A DNA stretch of 64,000 nt, from contig CT868065.1 of assembly GCA_000165425.1 (NCBI GenBank), positions 62,001 through 126,000 on the forward strand, read 5' to 3'. The position numbers and the translations under genes were made by a program. The stretch is from Paramecium tetraurelia (lineage: Eukaryota). The notes beneath the pieces are model-generated. The model worked only from the letters and a program-made list of their open reading frames with translations. It did no database searches and was not told the DNA's origin. Position 1 is the first letter of the stretch. Every line of letters starts with the position of its first letter. Positions 41,469 to 54,580 of this stretch are shown piece by piece.

Positions 41469-43695
41469 TCATTTAGGTAAATAAAGAGCATATTTCATCT
41501 GTTCAAAATATTTCTTTAAGATAATACGATTTGTTTCGCAATAATCGAAATCAAATTATGTTTTTTCAGTGGCTTATTCAAATGGCACTCCATCTAGCAT
41601 TCTGTCAATAACAACAATACAGATTTTAATAAGACTATTGTGAGTTATCAAAATTACTTAATATTGTGATGATAAATTCTCTGTCTTTCCAATCTATAAA
41701 TAACAGCAAAGTATTCATGATATCCTAATGTGTTGTCATGCAATAATTTCTCGTTGTCTTCTAATTTATCAGAAAACTTAGAAATTTCTTCAACTAATAT
41801 TTCTAAGGCTAATTGTAATGCTTTTCTTTCTAATTTTAGATCTTAGATCTTGAAAAAAGAATCCAAAGAATGTACATTGAAAGTCCTATGTAAAGTATTG
41901 AGGATATGATTACCAATAGATTGATTTGCAAAACACAATGAAATCTAGAGGGAAGGTAGTATGCTTTAATTTGAATTTTTTGAATTTGCTTATTTGATAT
42001 TTATGGACCAACCAGATGGCTTCATTGCTTTATAGATATTTCAAATATTCGATTCTCAAATGCACATGATCATATTTATTATATTCTAATGACATTCCAT
42101 ATCTCATGAGCATCATTCTATTGGACAGTCTGCCATAACAAAAATAAACCTAAGCTCCCTTGTCAAATTGATCCTTGCTCGATGCTTTCATGACAAACCT
42201 ATCAAACTTATCCTTCTCCCACACCTATTTATAATATTCGCAATCGGGATCTAAAGGTTGAGATAGAATTTGTTCAACGGTGTCCATGGATTGATTTTGT
42301 CCCTTGGCTCTTTTTTATTGGAAATAACTGGTTTGATAGATTGGTTATTTCATGACATCCTTCTGAAAGGCGTACAAGTTGTTTCTGTAAGTGTTGCAGG
42401 TTAGTTAGATTCTTTTGACATCTTCTCTGGCCATAAAGTAAGCCTTGCCTCCAGTGATGTACTCTTAGATAGACTTATCCAATTTAGCGAACATCTATCC
42501 GATAAAGAAGATGGAATAGTTATCTCCATAATCGATGTTTTAGAATACAAATGTCTTGCAATCTCGAGACAAGAGGAACACTTCTCTTTGAAGATTCAAC
42601 TTGATATTAAAATCCTTCCTCATTTTGATTTATTGATCCTGCAAATCTTTGATTCTCTTATTGAATTCCTCTTCTTCCTCATTTTCTAATTGTTTGATAT
42701 CGAAAGTCTTGCTGAATTCCTCATAAAATTTCTACGTTGATTATTCACTAAAATCATCGAAATTAAACTCTTTGAATTACTCATAGGTGTCAGTCACATA
42801 TTCCGAATCACTAATCTCATCTTCAGAATGATAGGAACCCTCAGAGGATGTGATTGATAATTCTTCGTCTTCTTTCAATTCTTTGACTTGAGTTTATTCA
42901 CTCTCTTCACTCTTATGAGGATTGTCAGCATTGTATTCAAAATCATAGAATACATCTGTGCATTCATGATTAAACAGTTCGCAAAAAGGCACCATAGTCA
43001 CATAGGCTAAGTACTTGCCGAAACATCTGGTGACGAGATGTGTGTAGACCCATCTGGCATTTTCTAAGGTGACAGTTTCTGGTTTGAAGTGTTGTGGATA
43101 TTTATCAGTGATGCATTTGAGAGTTTCGTATTCAAGTAAGAATTCTGAGTATTGTTTTCTGGCCAATTTGATTAGTTTTTCATCATCCAACAACTCTTGT
43201 TCTTCGTGACTCCAAAAAACGAGGTAATCGATGTCTCGAGGCAAATTAGATATTAGTAGATGCCATTCAGATTCAGGACCTCTCTGATATTCATACAAGA
43301 TAAATGCCATTAATTGATGATCTTCCCATGAGGATTGGAACTAATTGCTAAAGTATTGTGGGTGGTCAATAAACATCTGTTTCAGAGGGGATTCAAATGC
43401 ATGTCTTGTAGTTAGTAGCAAATCCCTTGGCACTGAGACTAGGGTTTCATTTGACAAGATCTTCTCAGAGGCTAAATCATGGAATAATTGGAATACCAAC
43501 GAGACCTGGATATTTTAGACCATTTTTGGTTTAGAAGATCGCATACTTAACTTTATTGATCTACACACCTTTCGAAGTCAATATGTCGATGTAATCTTGC
43601 AATTGTTTCGGTGTTTCAGGAACGACTGCATTGGGATCAGATTTGCGCAAACCTTTGACTTTGCGAAATCGTTTGCCTATACTGTGTCTTTTCAT
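41469..43695 (-). CDS. SET-domain lysine methyltransferase (SETD3/SETD6/LSMT-like), paralog B
   Basis: LVSVPRDLLLT; WVYTHLVTRCF; MVPFCELFNHE; QVYFCYGRLSNRMMLMRYG. Confidence 0.9.
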
Positions 43696-43729
43696 GATTA
43701 ATATTTTATTTAATTAAATAAGAATTCAA

Positions 43730-44801
43730 ATGAGATCATCGGAGTAGCAAATAACAACTCTTTTGATTGAAGGTTCAAACAAACAAGGACAATTGGGCAT
43801 AACCCAGTAGCAAACCGAATTGAAGGAACACAATTATGGTGTCAAAATATTAAACATTGCTTGTGGAGGGTACTTTACACTTCTGCTTTTGGAAACCTAG
43901 CAGTGTTGTCTTTTGGGTTAATGATCAATGCTAATTAGGTTTTAACATCACTAAACTGATAGACATCCCAAAGGTAGAATTAATAGCATGTGGATAATGG
44001 CATATGGTAATAAGAACAAACAATGGAATGTATATATGGGGCAACAATGATGATGGTCAATTGGGTCTAGGAGATTACGAGCCAAGGAACGAACCAGAAC
44101 AACTCGAAATCCCTTTAGGTAACGTCGTTTGTGGTTCTTATCACACCTTGATTTATCAATCTGATTTCCTTTACTCTTTTGGAAGAGGCAACAAAGGACA
44201 ACTATTGGTGAATAAAGATAAAAGTTGTGTGCCAATCAAGATTGAACACTAGAATATAAAATTCGTGGCAGCAGGAGATTATTAGACATTCATCTATTCA
44301 AATTAGTTAACCTTGAATGGCAAGGTGCTTCACTATAATGGAATAATTAAATAATTAGCCTGCAATACTGATTACTCTGCAATTGTCACACCCGATGGTA
44401 TAGCTGTCTTTTGGGATAAATCCAATACTATCAAACATCATTTTAACAATGTAGAACAAGTGTCCATGTTTGGTTCTCGTTGTTATCTATTAAAAAAGGA
44501 TGGATCTGTAGAGTTGTTGGATGGTACTATAATAACGAAATAAATAATTAAGTCAATCCACACAGGTGAATAACACTCACTCTTTGTTTTATTACAAAAT
44601 TCATTCGATTCGATTGTGAATGAAACTCTACTTCTTAGTGATCATCGGGATGTGCAATCCTTATAATAGGAGAGTAGAAATTATTTGTTTTATGAGAGGA
44701 AGATTGCAGAACTCTAATTATCTTTGGCTAAGAAAGACAAATAAATTGTGCAATTGTAAAGTGAGTTAAATGCTTTAAAAAATAATTTCAATGTTTAATG
44801 A
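43730..44801 (+). CDS. RCC1-repeat protein with C-terminal coiled coil
   Basis: GSNKQGQLG; IACGGYFT; WGNNDDGQLGLG; VCGSYHT; SFGRGNKGQL. Confidence 0.85.
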
Positions 44802-44818
44802 GCATAAATTTATTAGAT

Positions 44819-45563
44819 TCAACAACAGGCCTTAGTTTAGACTTTCTCCGACTCTTAGTTTTTTTGGTTCTCTAATTTTACATTATTTGCTTGAATGTTT
44901 AAATATCATACATTGATTTGGGTTGTTCATTACAGAATTTACCATTTAAGATGTTTCTGTCCCTGGCAATGTCGCTGCAATTTATTTAAATAATAATTCG
45001 ACATTGTTCCCAGTCTTTGCACTTACCTCTATGAAATGAGCATCACATTCTTTTGCTAGATTCGCTCCTTCCTCAGTAGATATCACTCTTTCATTTAGTA
45101 CCTATTCTTTACCTATTATCCACATCGATCTTGTTTGCCACTATAAATATAATCACATCATTTCCTCTCTCCAAACGAACATCCGATATCCATCTTGTTA
45201 TGCTCGCAAATGAAGTTTTTACTACATAATTCGATACACCTACCTTCCACATCATAACACACTACTGCCACTGCACTGTCTCTTATGTAACTCGGAATTA
45301 ATGATCGAAATCTCTCTTACCCTGCAGTATCCCATAACTATAAACGTATCGTCCTATCCTCGTAGTACAGAGTCTTTGAAATAAAATCTATTCCCACTGT
45401 TGGCTTATTTTATAATTTAACTTTCTCTTACATGATCCTTCCCATCAAATGTATCAAACATAAACCGATTTATAATGGATGTCTTTCCCACTGATTAATC
45501 ACCCAAGAAAACCAATTTATATTTAGATAGTGGTGCTACCATTGAGCCTTTTGTGTCAGCCAT
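44819..45563 (-). CDS. RAB6: Rab6-family small GTPase
   Basis: [52 protein letters not shown]; C-terminal CC. Confidence 0.95.
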
Positions 45564-45615
45564 CTCTTTATATTATTTAAATTTCTAATTTATCACTTAT
45601 ATACAAATTTGTATA

Positions 45616-47222
45616 TCATTTTTTTTCCTTTTTCCATTCATGTTCCTCCTTAAATAACACACCCAAGATAAATGCCACACAACAAAATCCGAATACAATC
45701 CAAAATACTCCATTATACCCTATTTTCGGTTCTCCAAATTTGTACAACAAGTATCCCAACATGTTTGATATACCTATCACAAAGAATAAACCTCCATAGA
45801 TAACAGGTCCTACCTACACATTAATATTTCAATTACTTTATGTCCAAATACTTTAGCACTAACTGCAGGATAGCATGACAATAGACCACCTTCACAAAAC
45901 ATTGTCAAACATAAAATTATAAAATATCCAGCATAACTATTATTAATGTATCCGATTGTAGCACTACAAATCAGATTAATCACTGAAATAACTAAAAAGA
46001 GTTTCTTAAACCCATATTTATCAAATAACACAGCCCACAAAAATCTTGATCCTCCATTACACACTGATTAAACAGATCCAAGAACAGTCAAACTTGAGTC
46101 ATCAATCCCAAGCTAAAATTATAGATCATTTAGAATTTACAGTTTAACCAAACACTTTGTAACAATTTGCCATCAATAACCCAAAAATAACTGAGCATAA
46201 AACCATGACTATCAAAAACCAAAAGGGTCTTGATTTGATTCCTTAACCTAGAGTCTCGCATTCTGCATGTAGTACTGTTGGATGATAATCAATTGATTTC
46301 TCATGATTTATTCCACTTGGTTTCTTGGTTCCATCACCCAAAACAGCTTAATATTCAAGATGAAGATCTCTTGGATATTTAATTAATAATGTGGCTATTA
46401 TTGTTAATATAAAATAGGATCTAAAATTATATATATAAAATTAGATACAATGCCATCATCTGAAACATGAAGGGGACATTTTGAAACACATCTTTGGAGA
46501 AGTATTTCTTGATTTTTCCATCTTCTTCAAATGGAATACTTGGCTCCTCATTATTTGGATTACAAATTGCCTTACACACAAAATTAAAAATAAATGCTCC
46601 AAATCCATATCCAGCAATAATCAAACCAGACACCAATCCTCTATTGAAAGGAAAGAATTTCCAACCACAAACTACACGTTTAATAATATCTTACTTATGG
46701 GTAACATATATACTAATCCAGATGGAATACCAACCATGAAACAATATATGAAGATGAATGCGTAAATATTGTTTATGAATGACAATATTAAAAAGGCCAG
46801 CGATATGATGCTGCCACCCAATCCAATCATCGTTTTGTATCCGATTCGTTGAGCCAATTTTACTCCAAACGAGAGGACAGAAAATAATCCAATTCCTAAT
46901 ATAGGAAATATGATCTAAAGTGTCGATTAGGTGACACTTGGATCCCTGTCTTTCATGTAAGCACCAACATATGGACCTAAATAAATAACTAATGCGTACT
47001 AATTCCACCCCAGAGATAAAATGTTCCAAGTACAAAGTGCAGAGCAATCCCTCCAATTAAACAAATAACACCCTAGATTTTGATACTCCTCAACTCCTTT
47101 GAAGTGTATTCTCGCAGGTGGTGTTCATCGCCATGATCATCTGCCTAACTTTCATGATGATGATGTTTATCAAACTCATGATCACTTTAAGCAGCTTACT
47201 GTGGTATTTCTTGCGGTTTCAT
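45616..47222 (-). CDS. Major facilitator superfamily transporter (oxalate/formate antiporter-like)
   Basis: Multiple TM helices; GGIALHFVLGTFYLWG; GLVSGLIIAGYGFGAFIF; SRFLWAVLFDKYGFK; His-rich N-terminus. Confidence 0.9.
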
Positions 47223-47350
47223 CAATAAAGATATATTAATTATTTAATGCTTAATCTATAGATATGTATAAAATCATAAATTTCACTTCACTGTGCTTTA
47301 TTCAAGTTCATTTATTCTTTATCTTTTTTCTTTATTATTGTTAATATTTC

Positions 47351-47568
47351 TCATTGATGCGTCATCTCACCAATTGTGCATAATAAAGCGTCATTCTATT
47401 GATAAATACAATGATTTACTTAAACCTATAATATAATCATCTTTGTCTACAAGGTCGTTTAAAAATACTTAATTTTAACTTAATGCATTTTCTATTCATC
47501 AAACCTCGATCTCTTACATTGAAGCACTGCTCTAAGAAGTCTTCATGTTCTTGCTATTTAGTGGTCAT
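47351..47568 (-). CDS. Possible very small protein
   Basis: MTTKQQEHEDFLEQCFN... with two plausible 24-26 nt introns; no family recognised. Confidence 0.25.
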
Positions 47569-48080
47569 ATTAATAAAAACGAATTAATTTAATATTAATA
47601 ATACCAAATGTAATGTAAAAATTGTAAATTCAATTGTAAAATGAAAAATAAATATGCATAAAATTGATTCTTTTACCTTTGTAAATAATTACAATACCAC
47701 ATACATTATTATTAAACTGTAACTTAATTTATCGGAATTGAGGGATGCTAACTATAATTGGTATATTAAGGTGACTGAATTAGAATTATTTAATTTTTAT
47801 TTAATTTAATTGAAAATATTCTCTGAATGAAAATTATTTGAACCTAAATCCATATGTATATTAATACCATTAAATTTTAATATAGACCTTTAAATTTCTA
47901 TACTAAAAAATGAGCTACCATATTGGTATAAAATTAGTGAGTCAAATTAAAAATTGAAAGGGTATGTTATTTTTAATAATGGTATTATTCTAAATGATGT
48001 AGAATATGCGATTTGTCTTGTAATAGAATCAAATTCATAATCGAGTTGTATTTATTAAAATCTACTAATTAGTTTATAAA

Positions 48081-50154
48081 ATGTTTAATAATGATTATTC
48101 TTGTACATATATTGATCACTTAAACGATCCCATTTAAGGCTTTTGCTTAAACTCAGACTGTTAATGTTCTCAAAAGTAGTTCTGTTTGAAGTGTATTCAG
48201 GAAGAAGATAAACACTCAAAACATAAGGAGGATTGCAAAGGTTTCAATGAAATTCTTGGTTTAATAACAAAAAATATTGCCACTTTCTCCAATCTATATA
48301 AAGAATTAGAGGGCTTATTTATAGAAGTTAGAGCAATTTATGATAAATAATTAAAAGAAATAGATGCTACTAAGAACAAATTTATTACTCTCTAGTAGAT
48401 GCTTGAAGAATAGAACTATTAGGAATTAAGAGAAAGTTCTAATTTATCAATGTTAAGATTTATGTATTCATTGACTTGGAATAACAAATTTGGATTAAAC
48501 AATTCCTATAGTATACTTTATTTTATAGCATATAGAAAGTGAACTATTGATCTAAGATCCAAGATTTAAGAACCTCAAACTGCTATTAACTTCATTCGAG
48601 TAACTGAAAAATTAAACTCCAAATAATGGTGGCAATTCCTTTTTATGTGTCCAATAGTAGGGTCCTGATCTAGAGATGTCATACTTGAATCAATCTTAAC
48701 AATTATTTGAAATAGGTATACTTTCAAAGATATTCGATAGGATTACAATATATGCAAGAACATGAATGGGATAAAGCCGATTAGGTATTTAAGAGAAGTA
48801 TAGATAGAAATTAACAGGATTATAAGACTCTTTTCTTTTACAGTATTTTTGATAATAATTTAGGTTGGGTCTTAATTGAATTGAATAAATGCTAAGAAGC
48901 TTAGTCGTTACTAGAATAATCTCTTGAATTGAATAGAAATCTATCTATTGATTTACTTAACTGGTGCGGATGGGAAAAAAATACATCATTTAATTCAGTC
49001 TTAACCATTGCTTAAGCATATGCCTTAGAATTGAACGATAATTAAGAAAAGGCGATTCTGCTTTATGATTAAGCAATAAATTATGATAAAAGACAGACAT
49101 GTGCATATGCAAGAAAAGGTTCAATATAATTGATATTATTTAGCTACTCTTTTAGTAAAGTTCAAAATATATGATGCAGCTCTAGAAACCTTAAACGAGG
49201 GTTTAAAAATCACATATAATAAGGCCTTTATACATTATTGTAAAGGTATTGATTTTTGAAGATCAATAGGAATTGCACTATTTGAGAGCCAGCAACTAAA
49301 TGAAGCATTAAATTCTTTTAAGATAGCCTCATAATTTGATCCAAACTTCGGTTTGAACAATTTTAATGTTGGTACAAAATTTCATCTTTATTTAGGGAAC
49401 ATATTAAGAACTTAACAAAAGCTTTAAGATGCTCTCATATATATGGATTCAGCAATAAAAAGTGATCCAAATCTTCTCAAGGCATATACTGGCAAAAGTC
49501 ATATAGATTCTTATTTAAATTAGGTTTGATTCTATGTGAGATGAAAAAGTATGATCTGGCTTTAGATTGTTTAGAGGAAGTATTAAAAATAAATCCAAAT
49601 TATGAAAAAGCATACCATTTAAGAGGTATGATGACATGCTATAATAGGAAATTGTCTAAAATAATAAAGAAAATTCTAGGAAGCAATTTAATAACTAGAT
49701 AAGGCCATAGCTTTAGATAATAAATATGTGAATGCATATACACTAAAAGGTATTTTATTAAACTAACTTTAAGGAAATTGCTTAAGTTAATTGAAGTAAT
49801 ATAGTAAAGCTTTGTAATGTTATGACTAAGCTTTATAAATTGATAAGTAATGCATAGAAGTGTATATAAATAAAGGCATTCTATTACAGGATTTAAAAAA
49901 ATTTAAAGAAGCAATTGAATAATATGATTTAGCATTACGAATAGATCCTAATTGTCCTTTGGCTTATAAAAATAAGGGTAAAAATGTCAGTTTTATGATT
50001 AGGTGTTATTTTAGAAACTATGAAGAAGTTTGAAGAAGCAATAATATGTTATTAATTAGCAATTGAGTTAGGAGATGCTGATTCTGATCAAATCAAAAAG
50101 TGGATTGGTTCGATTAAAGTCAAGAAGGGAATATCATGGATTTTTGGATATTGA
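48081..50154 (+). CDS. B-box-like Zn module, coiled coil and TPR-repeat protein
   Basis: CTYIDH...GFCLNSDC...FCLKC...HSKH; 34-aa TPR repeats such as GILLQDLKKFKEAIEQYDLALRIDPN. Confidence 0.9.
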
Positions 50155-50290
50155 TGTTCTTATTAAATTATATAAAATTAAGACCTATTCTTGAACGAGT
50201 AACAATTGGTCGTTTACCATTGACTAAATTCACAATTACAAGAATCATTTAAATTATGGAAATGTTTTTATAGATTATATTATAAATATT

Positions 50291-51817
50291 ATGTAAAACT
50301 AAAATATTAAATCTGTTACATCGAGATAGGATGTAAAACCAATAAAAGCCAATATTACAAGGTATTTCTATCGAAGTATTAATTTAGAGAGCAATTTCAA
50401 ACTCTAACCAAACTCTATAACTCAGGAAGATAATAAAACAATAATGTTGAACGTGATCGAAATTAATAACAGCAATAAGCATCTAACCAATAATAATAAC
50501 AAACAATTACGCCAAGAAATAATACACCTTAATCATGTAGAACTGCATAAGAAGTATTCATTTATAGTAAACAAAAAAAGATGAAATATTTTTTGTATTA
50601 AAAAAGTAATCTGAAAGAGCAAGGAAAGATGTAAAATAATTCATAGGTATTGCCTAAAACGAAAAATAGTTTACATCGCAACTTTTCTTAATTAGAAAAG
50701 TCAGCAAGTGCTTTGCTTACACCTTTAATCTAAACAACAACCACTCCGTAATCAAAATAGAAAAAATATAATCTGATGTCAATCGATCAAAGATTCCCAT
50801 CAAATTAATTCGCATAATAAATTGCATAACAATTGAAAAAGAAGAATGAAACCAATAAGAAAGAGAATTTAAAAGTGAGTTTGGATGATTTCATCACTCA
50901 AGTGAGCAGACCAACCAAAACGCTCATTTCCCCTTTTAAATAGACAAAGTCTTTGTCACCATCAACCAGAGTGTAATCTGCTAAACCAAAAAGTAATGAT
51001 CTTATATCTATATAGAATAAATCTATTACGTTTCTTCCTTAGTTGAAGCATTTAAGCATTAATATCCTTAAACATGTGAGTAATAATTATTCAAGGATCA
51101 TGCCGTTTAGACATTCAATTGTGTTGGTTTCTGCATGAATCTTTAAGAATCAGATAAAGAGATCATTCAATCAAAAATATTAAATTTACCACCAAAATTG
51201 AATTGCAAATGTATTATACTACTAAGATAATATTAGATTAAAAAACAGTAGTTTTTGATCTTGATGAAACTTTGATTCATTGTAATGAAAACTAATCACT
51301 AAAGGCAGATGTATATTTACCTATAACATTCCCTTCAGGTGATACAGTCTAAGCAGGTATTAATATTAGACCCTTTGCAAAATGGATTCTTTAAGAACTA
51401 AGTTAAATATGTGAGGTTATTGTGTTCACTGCATCTCATCAATGTTATGCTAGTTAGGTGATTTAATACTTAGATCCTAAAAATTAATTACTTTCAGCAT
51501 AATTATTTAGAGACAAATGTGTTTTATCACCAGACGGAGTGCATATAAAGGATTTGAAAATATTTAATAGAGATCTTAAAGACATAGTATTAGTTGATAA
51601 TGCAGCATATTCATTTGGAGTTCATCTGGAAAATGGCATTCCAATAATTCCATATTATGATAATAAGGATGATAAAGAATTGAAGACTTTATATGACTTT
51701 TTAGTTGAATAAGTATTGCCTGCACCCGATTGCAGATTAGTCTTGTAATCAACATTTAGATTACGAGAATTCTTAAAATATAATGAACCAAAGTTAGCTA
51801 TTGAAAAACTATTTTGA
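50291..51817 (+). CDS. CTD small phosphatase-like (FCP1/SCP, NIF domain) HAD phosphatase
   Basis: KTVVFDLDETLIHC (DxDxT); NIRPFA; IVFTASHQCYA; LVDNAAYSF; NGIPIIPYYD. Confidence 0.92.
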
Positions 51818-51859
51818 TTATTACAATTAATTAATTTATATATATATTAAGTATACTTA

Positions 51860-52470
51860 TTCTTTGACATAATTGTAAGATTATTTTGATAAAAAAAGTC
51901 ATAGGACACAAGTAGTTATTCGAACATTGAGATAAAATAAAGAACTAAATGAGAAACTTACAAAAAGTTAATCAAAAAACTCAAACAAATTAAGAAAACA
52001 AAATCAATAACAAGTAATTGAAGAAATCAAAATAAGAAATAGATCAATTGTATGAGGAAAGTGTGAAATAGTCATAAGAGAATCTTAAAATAACTGTCAA
52101 AGTTGCTGACAAAGCAGTTTAAGTAAATATTATATTAAACTGAGTAAATGGAGGAGAACGTGAAGTCTAGTAATGCAAACGATCATAAAAAAGGATTCTT
52201 GACCTTGAGTAAATAGGAGAAAGAGAAGAGAAAGAAAATTAATAAAGAAATTGAGTTAATTAAAGAAATATTTTGGAATGCTATTTAAAATGAACCATTG
52301 TATTGTAAATGTTAACAGCCTTCTTTTGTATCAATGGTTATGTGCGATAATTAATTATGATCAAAACAATTGTTTCATCTAGAATGTGTTAAACTAAAAG
52401 AGTTTCTTCCTGAAAAGAGCCTTGGTTTTGTTCTTTAAAATGCAGTAAAGAAGGCAAAGGAGGGTTGAAA
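51860..52470 (+). pseudogene. ING-family PHD protein pseudogene
   Basis: NEPLYCKCQQPSFVSMVMCDNQL*SKQLFHLECV has an in-frame TGA at a Cys position; frameshift before WFCSLKC; stops in the upstream helical region. Confidence 0.75.
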
Positions 52471-52517
52471 AAGTGATAATTCGATGTTTTTTAACATAAA
52501 TGATATCGATAAAACTT

Positions 52518-53294
52518 TCAACGAGGTCTTTATTCTTACAATTCTAACTGCAAAATACAACCATCATAACTCTTGCCATTTAGTTTCTCAAGTGCAATTT
52601 CTGCTCTGTTTTTATCCTAAAATTTCAACATGACCTTTTAGATCAAAGGCTAATGAGAATTTAAACCATCCAAAGAATACACCTTTTACTTTCTTCTGTT
52701 TTACAAGAAATTAATATAATAACTGAATCTGCCTTCTTCTTAGTCTAATTGTTTTCTCAACCATCCTCTGAAATCATCTTTAGCTCCTAATTGCGTTTAA
52801 AATTGGAATTACTTATGATATCCTAGAATGTTTCAGCATATTCGAATTGCACAAGATTAGACACAATAACTAACCATTAAGAGGAAGCAGGAGCCTATTC
52901 AAATTAGATACTTTAGCCAATTTAACGAGGACCTTTGATATTCAATATGAATACCAACTTATTGATTTGCTTAGGGTTTAGACGACTCTTTATCAAAACT
53001 GACCACAAACAATTATTTAGGAGGAGGGATAACAAAATTGCATTCCTCTTAATTATTTGCTGCTTAAATTCTTAATTCAGCTTCAACAAGCATATCTCCT
53101 TCTCTGAATTAGCCTCTTGGTAGATTGGAAACCTCTCCCCATTTTTCCCATTTCTATCTTTCCAACACTCCAGGTCTAACTTAGACTTATTTATAGGTGA
53201 CTTTGACTTTAGTCTCTTTATCATTGATAGATTTGTCAACAACTTCTTGTTTGTATTCTGAGTCAGAATCCTCTTGAATCTATTATTATTTCAT
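52518..53294 (-). CDS. EIF3G: Translation initiation factor eIF3 subunit g-like
   Basis: VLERQKWEKWGEV N-terminal motif; C-terminal RRM AEIALEKLNGKSYDGCILQLE. Confidence 0.72.
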
Positions 53295-53353
53295 AAAATA
53301 AAGAAATTTTAATTTACTAAACTTTAATAAATTATAAATATAAAATAATTGAA

Positions 53354-54580
53354 TCACATAGGCTTTTTGGAAAAAGTCATTAAGATTTTTCTATCAGCCA
53401 TTACTTTGCCATGATTTTTAGCTAAGAAATACATAGCATCATCAACGGTTTTGAATTTTAAGGCACAACTATGTTTTTATTTTGGATCCTCATAAAACCT
53501 AAAATATGATAATAGAAATTACTTATAATCAACAAATTCTGTTTCCAAAAGAGGTTGAATACTTTCTATGTTGAGTAATTCATCTGATAAATTCATCAGA
53601 AAGATTGTATCATTGGGTGAAGCAGCAACAAAAGAGTTTTTTGGTTTATATCTATTAGTGGCTTCAGATCCAATGAATCTTTCCTCATAGAAAGTCTTCT
53701 CAACCAATCCCAATTCTTCAAGTTCATCTAAGAATGTTATTTCTTACAGAATTGAATAGGTAATCTAAAATATTATTGAAATATTACTTAAAGAGTTTGG
53801 CCTTGGAATACAACATTATTCAACTTCTCAATGCATTGATCAGCACATTTCTGAAGATGGTATTCGACCAACAATGTGGACTTGTCTTTCTAATATACCA
53901 TTTTGTCGATGTTTCCATAGATACTGAAGATGTTATAGAGCATGTCGATGGTAGTAACAGAGTCATCAAAAGACTTGGCCACGATGACTCTAGATTTCTC
54001 TTCCTATTCAACATGATAGATTTGATTCAGAGTGTTATTAATTTACAACTATTATTATAATTATTGTTGTCGTTATTAGTTATGGATTTCAGACAAAGCA
54101 TTAGCAGATTCTTACTTGATATAATTGATATAATTATCAATGAGTTAATATTGAAGTAAATATTATGATTGTAGTAGTTTTCCCAGTTATACAAATTAGT
54201 CAACCCATTGGGCTGAGACTATAGTATTGACATAATCAGGGACTTGGAGATCTAAACTTTGGGTTTACAATCTCATCTAAAGTACTTATTATTCATATAG
54301 TCTTTGTTATAAGTGTTATTAGTATTAATAGATCGATTATTAAATATTTTATTATTGGTAACTTTTCGTCGAATTCCCATTTGGATTTTATTCTCCTTAG
54401 CTGCCTACTGAAGTTTGTTCATCATCAGTTGAATTATAGGAATCTCGTTTCTCTTTAGATTTGGAATAATCTAAAAATTGGTTTATAAAGAAAGTTACCT
54501 TTGCCAGCGGAATTGGAATCAGAAAAGGTGACATTCTCTAGATTGCTGGGATATAATTACATCCTCAAAGAGTTATCCAT
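53354..54580 (-). CDS. PTB/hnRNP L-like two-RRM RNA-binding protein
   Basis: VTTIDMLYNIFSIYGNIDKM...LVEY; SPNDTIFLMNL; ALKFKTVDDAMYFLAKNHG...MTFSK. Confidence 0.82.

Noticed and set aside
52358..52360. In-frame TGA at a Cys position read as selenocysteine or Cys recoding
   Set aside because: It comes with a frameshift and other damaging substitutions, so a pseudogene is simpler; no SECIS recognised
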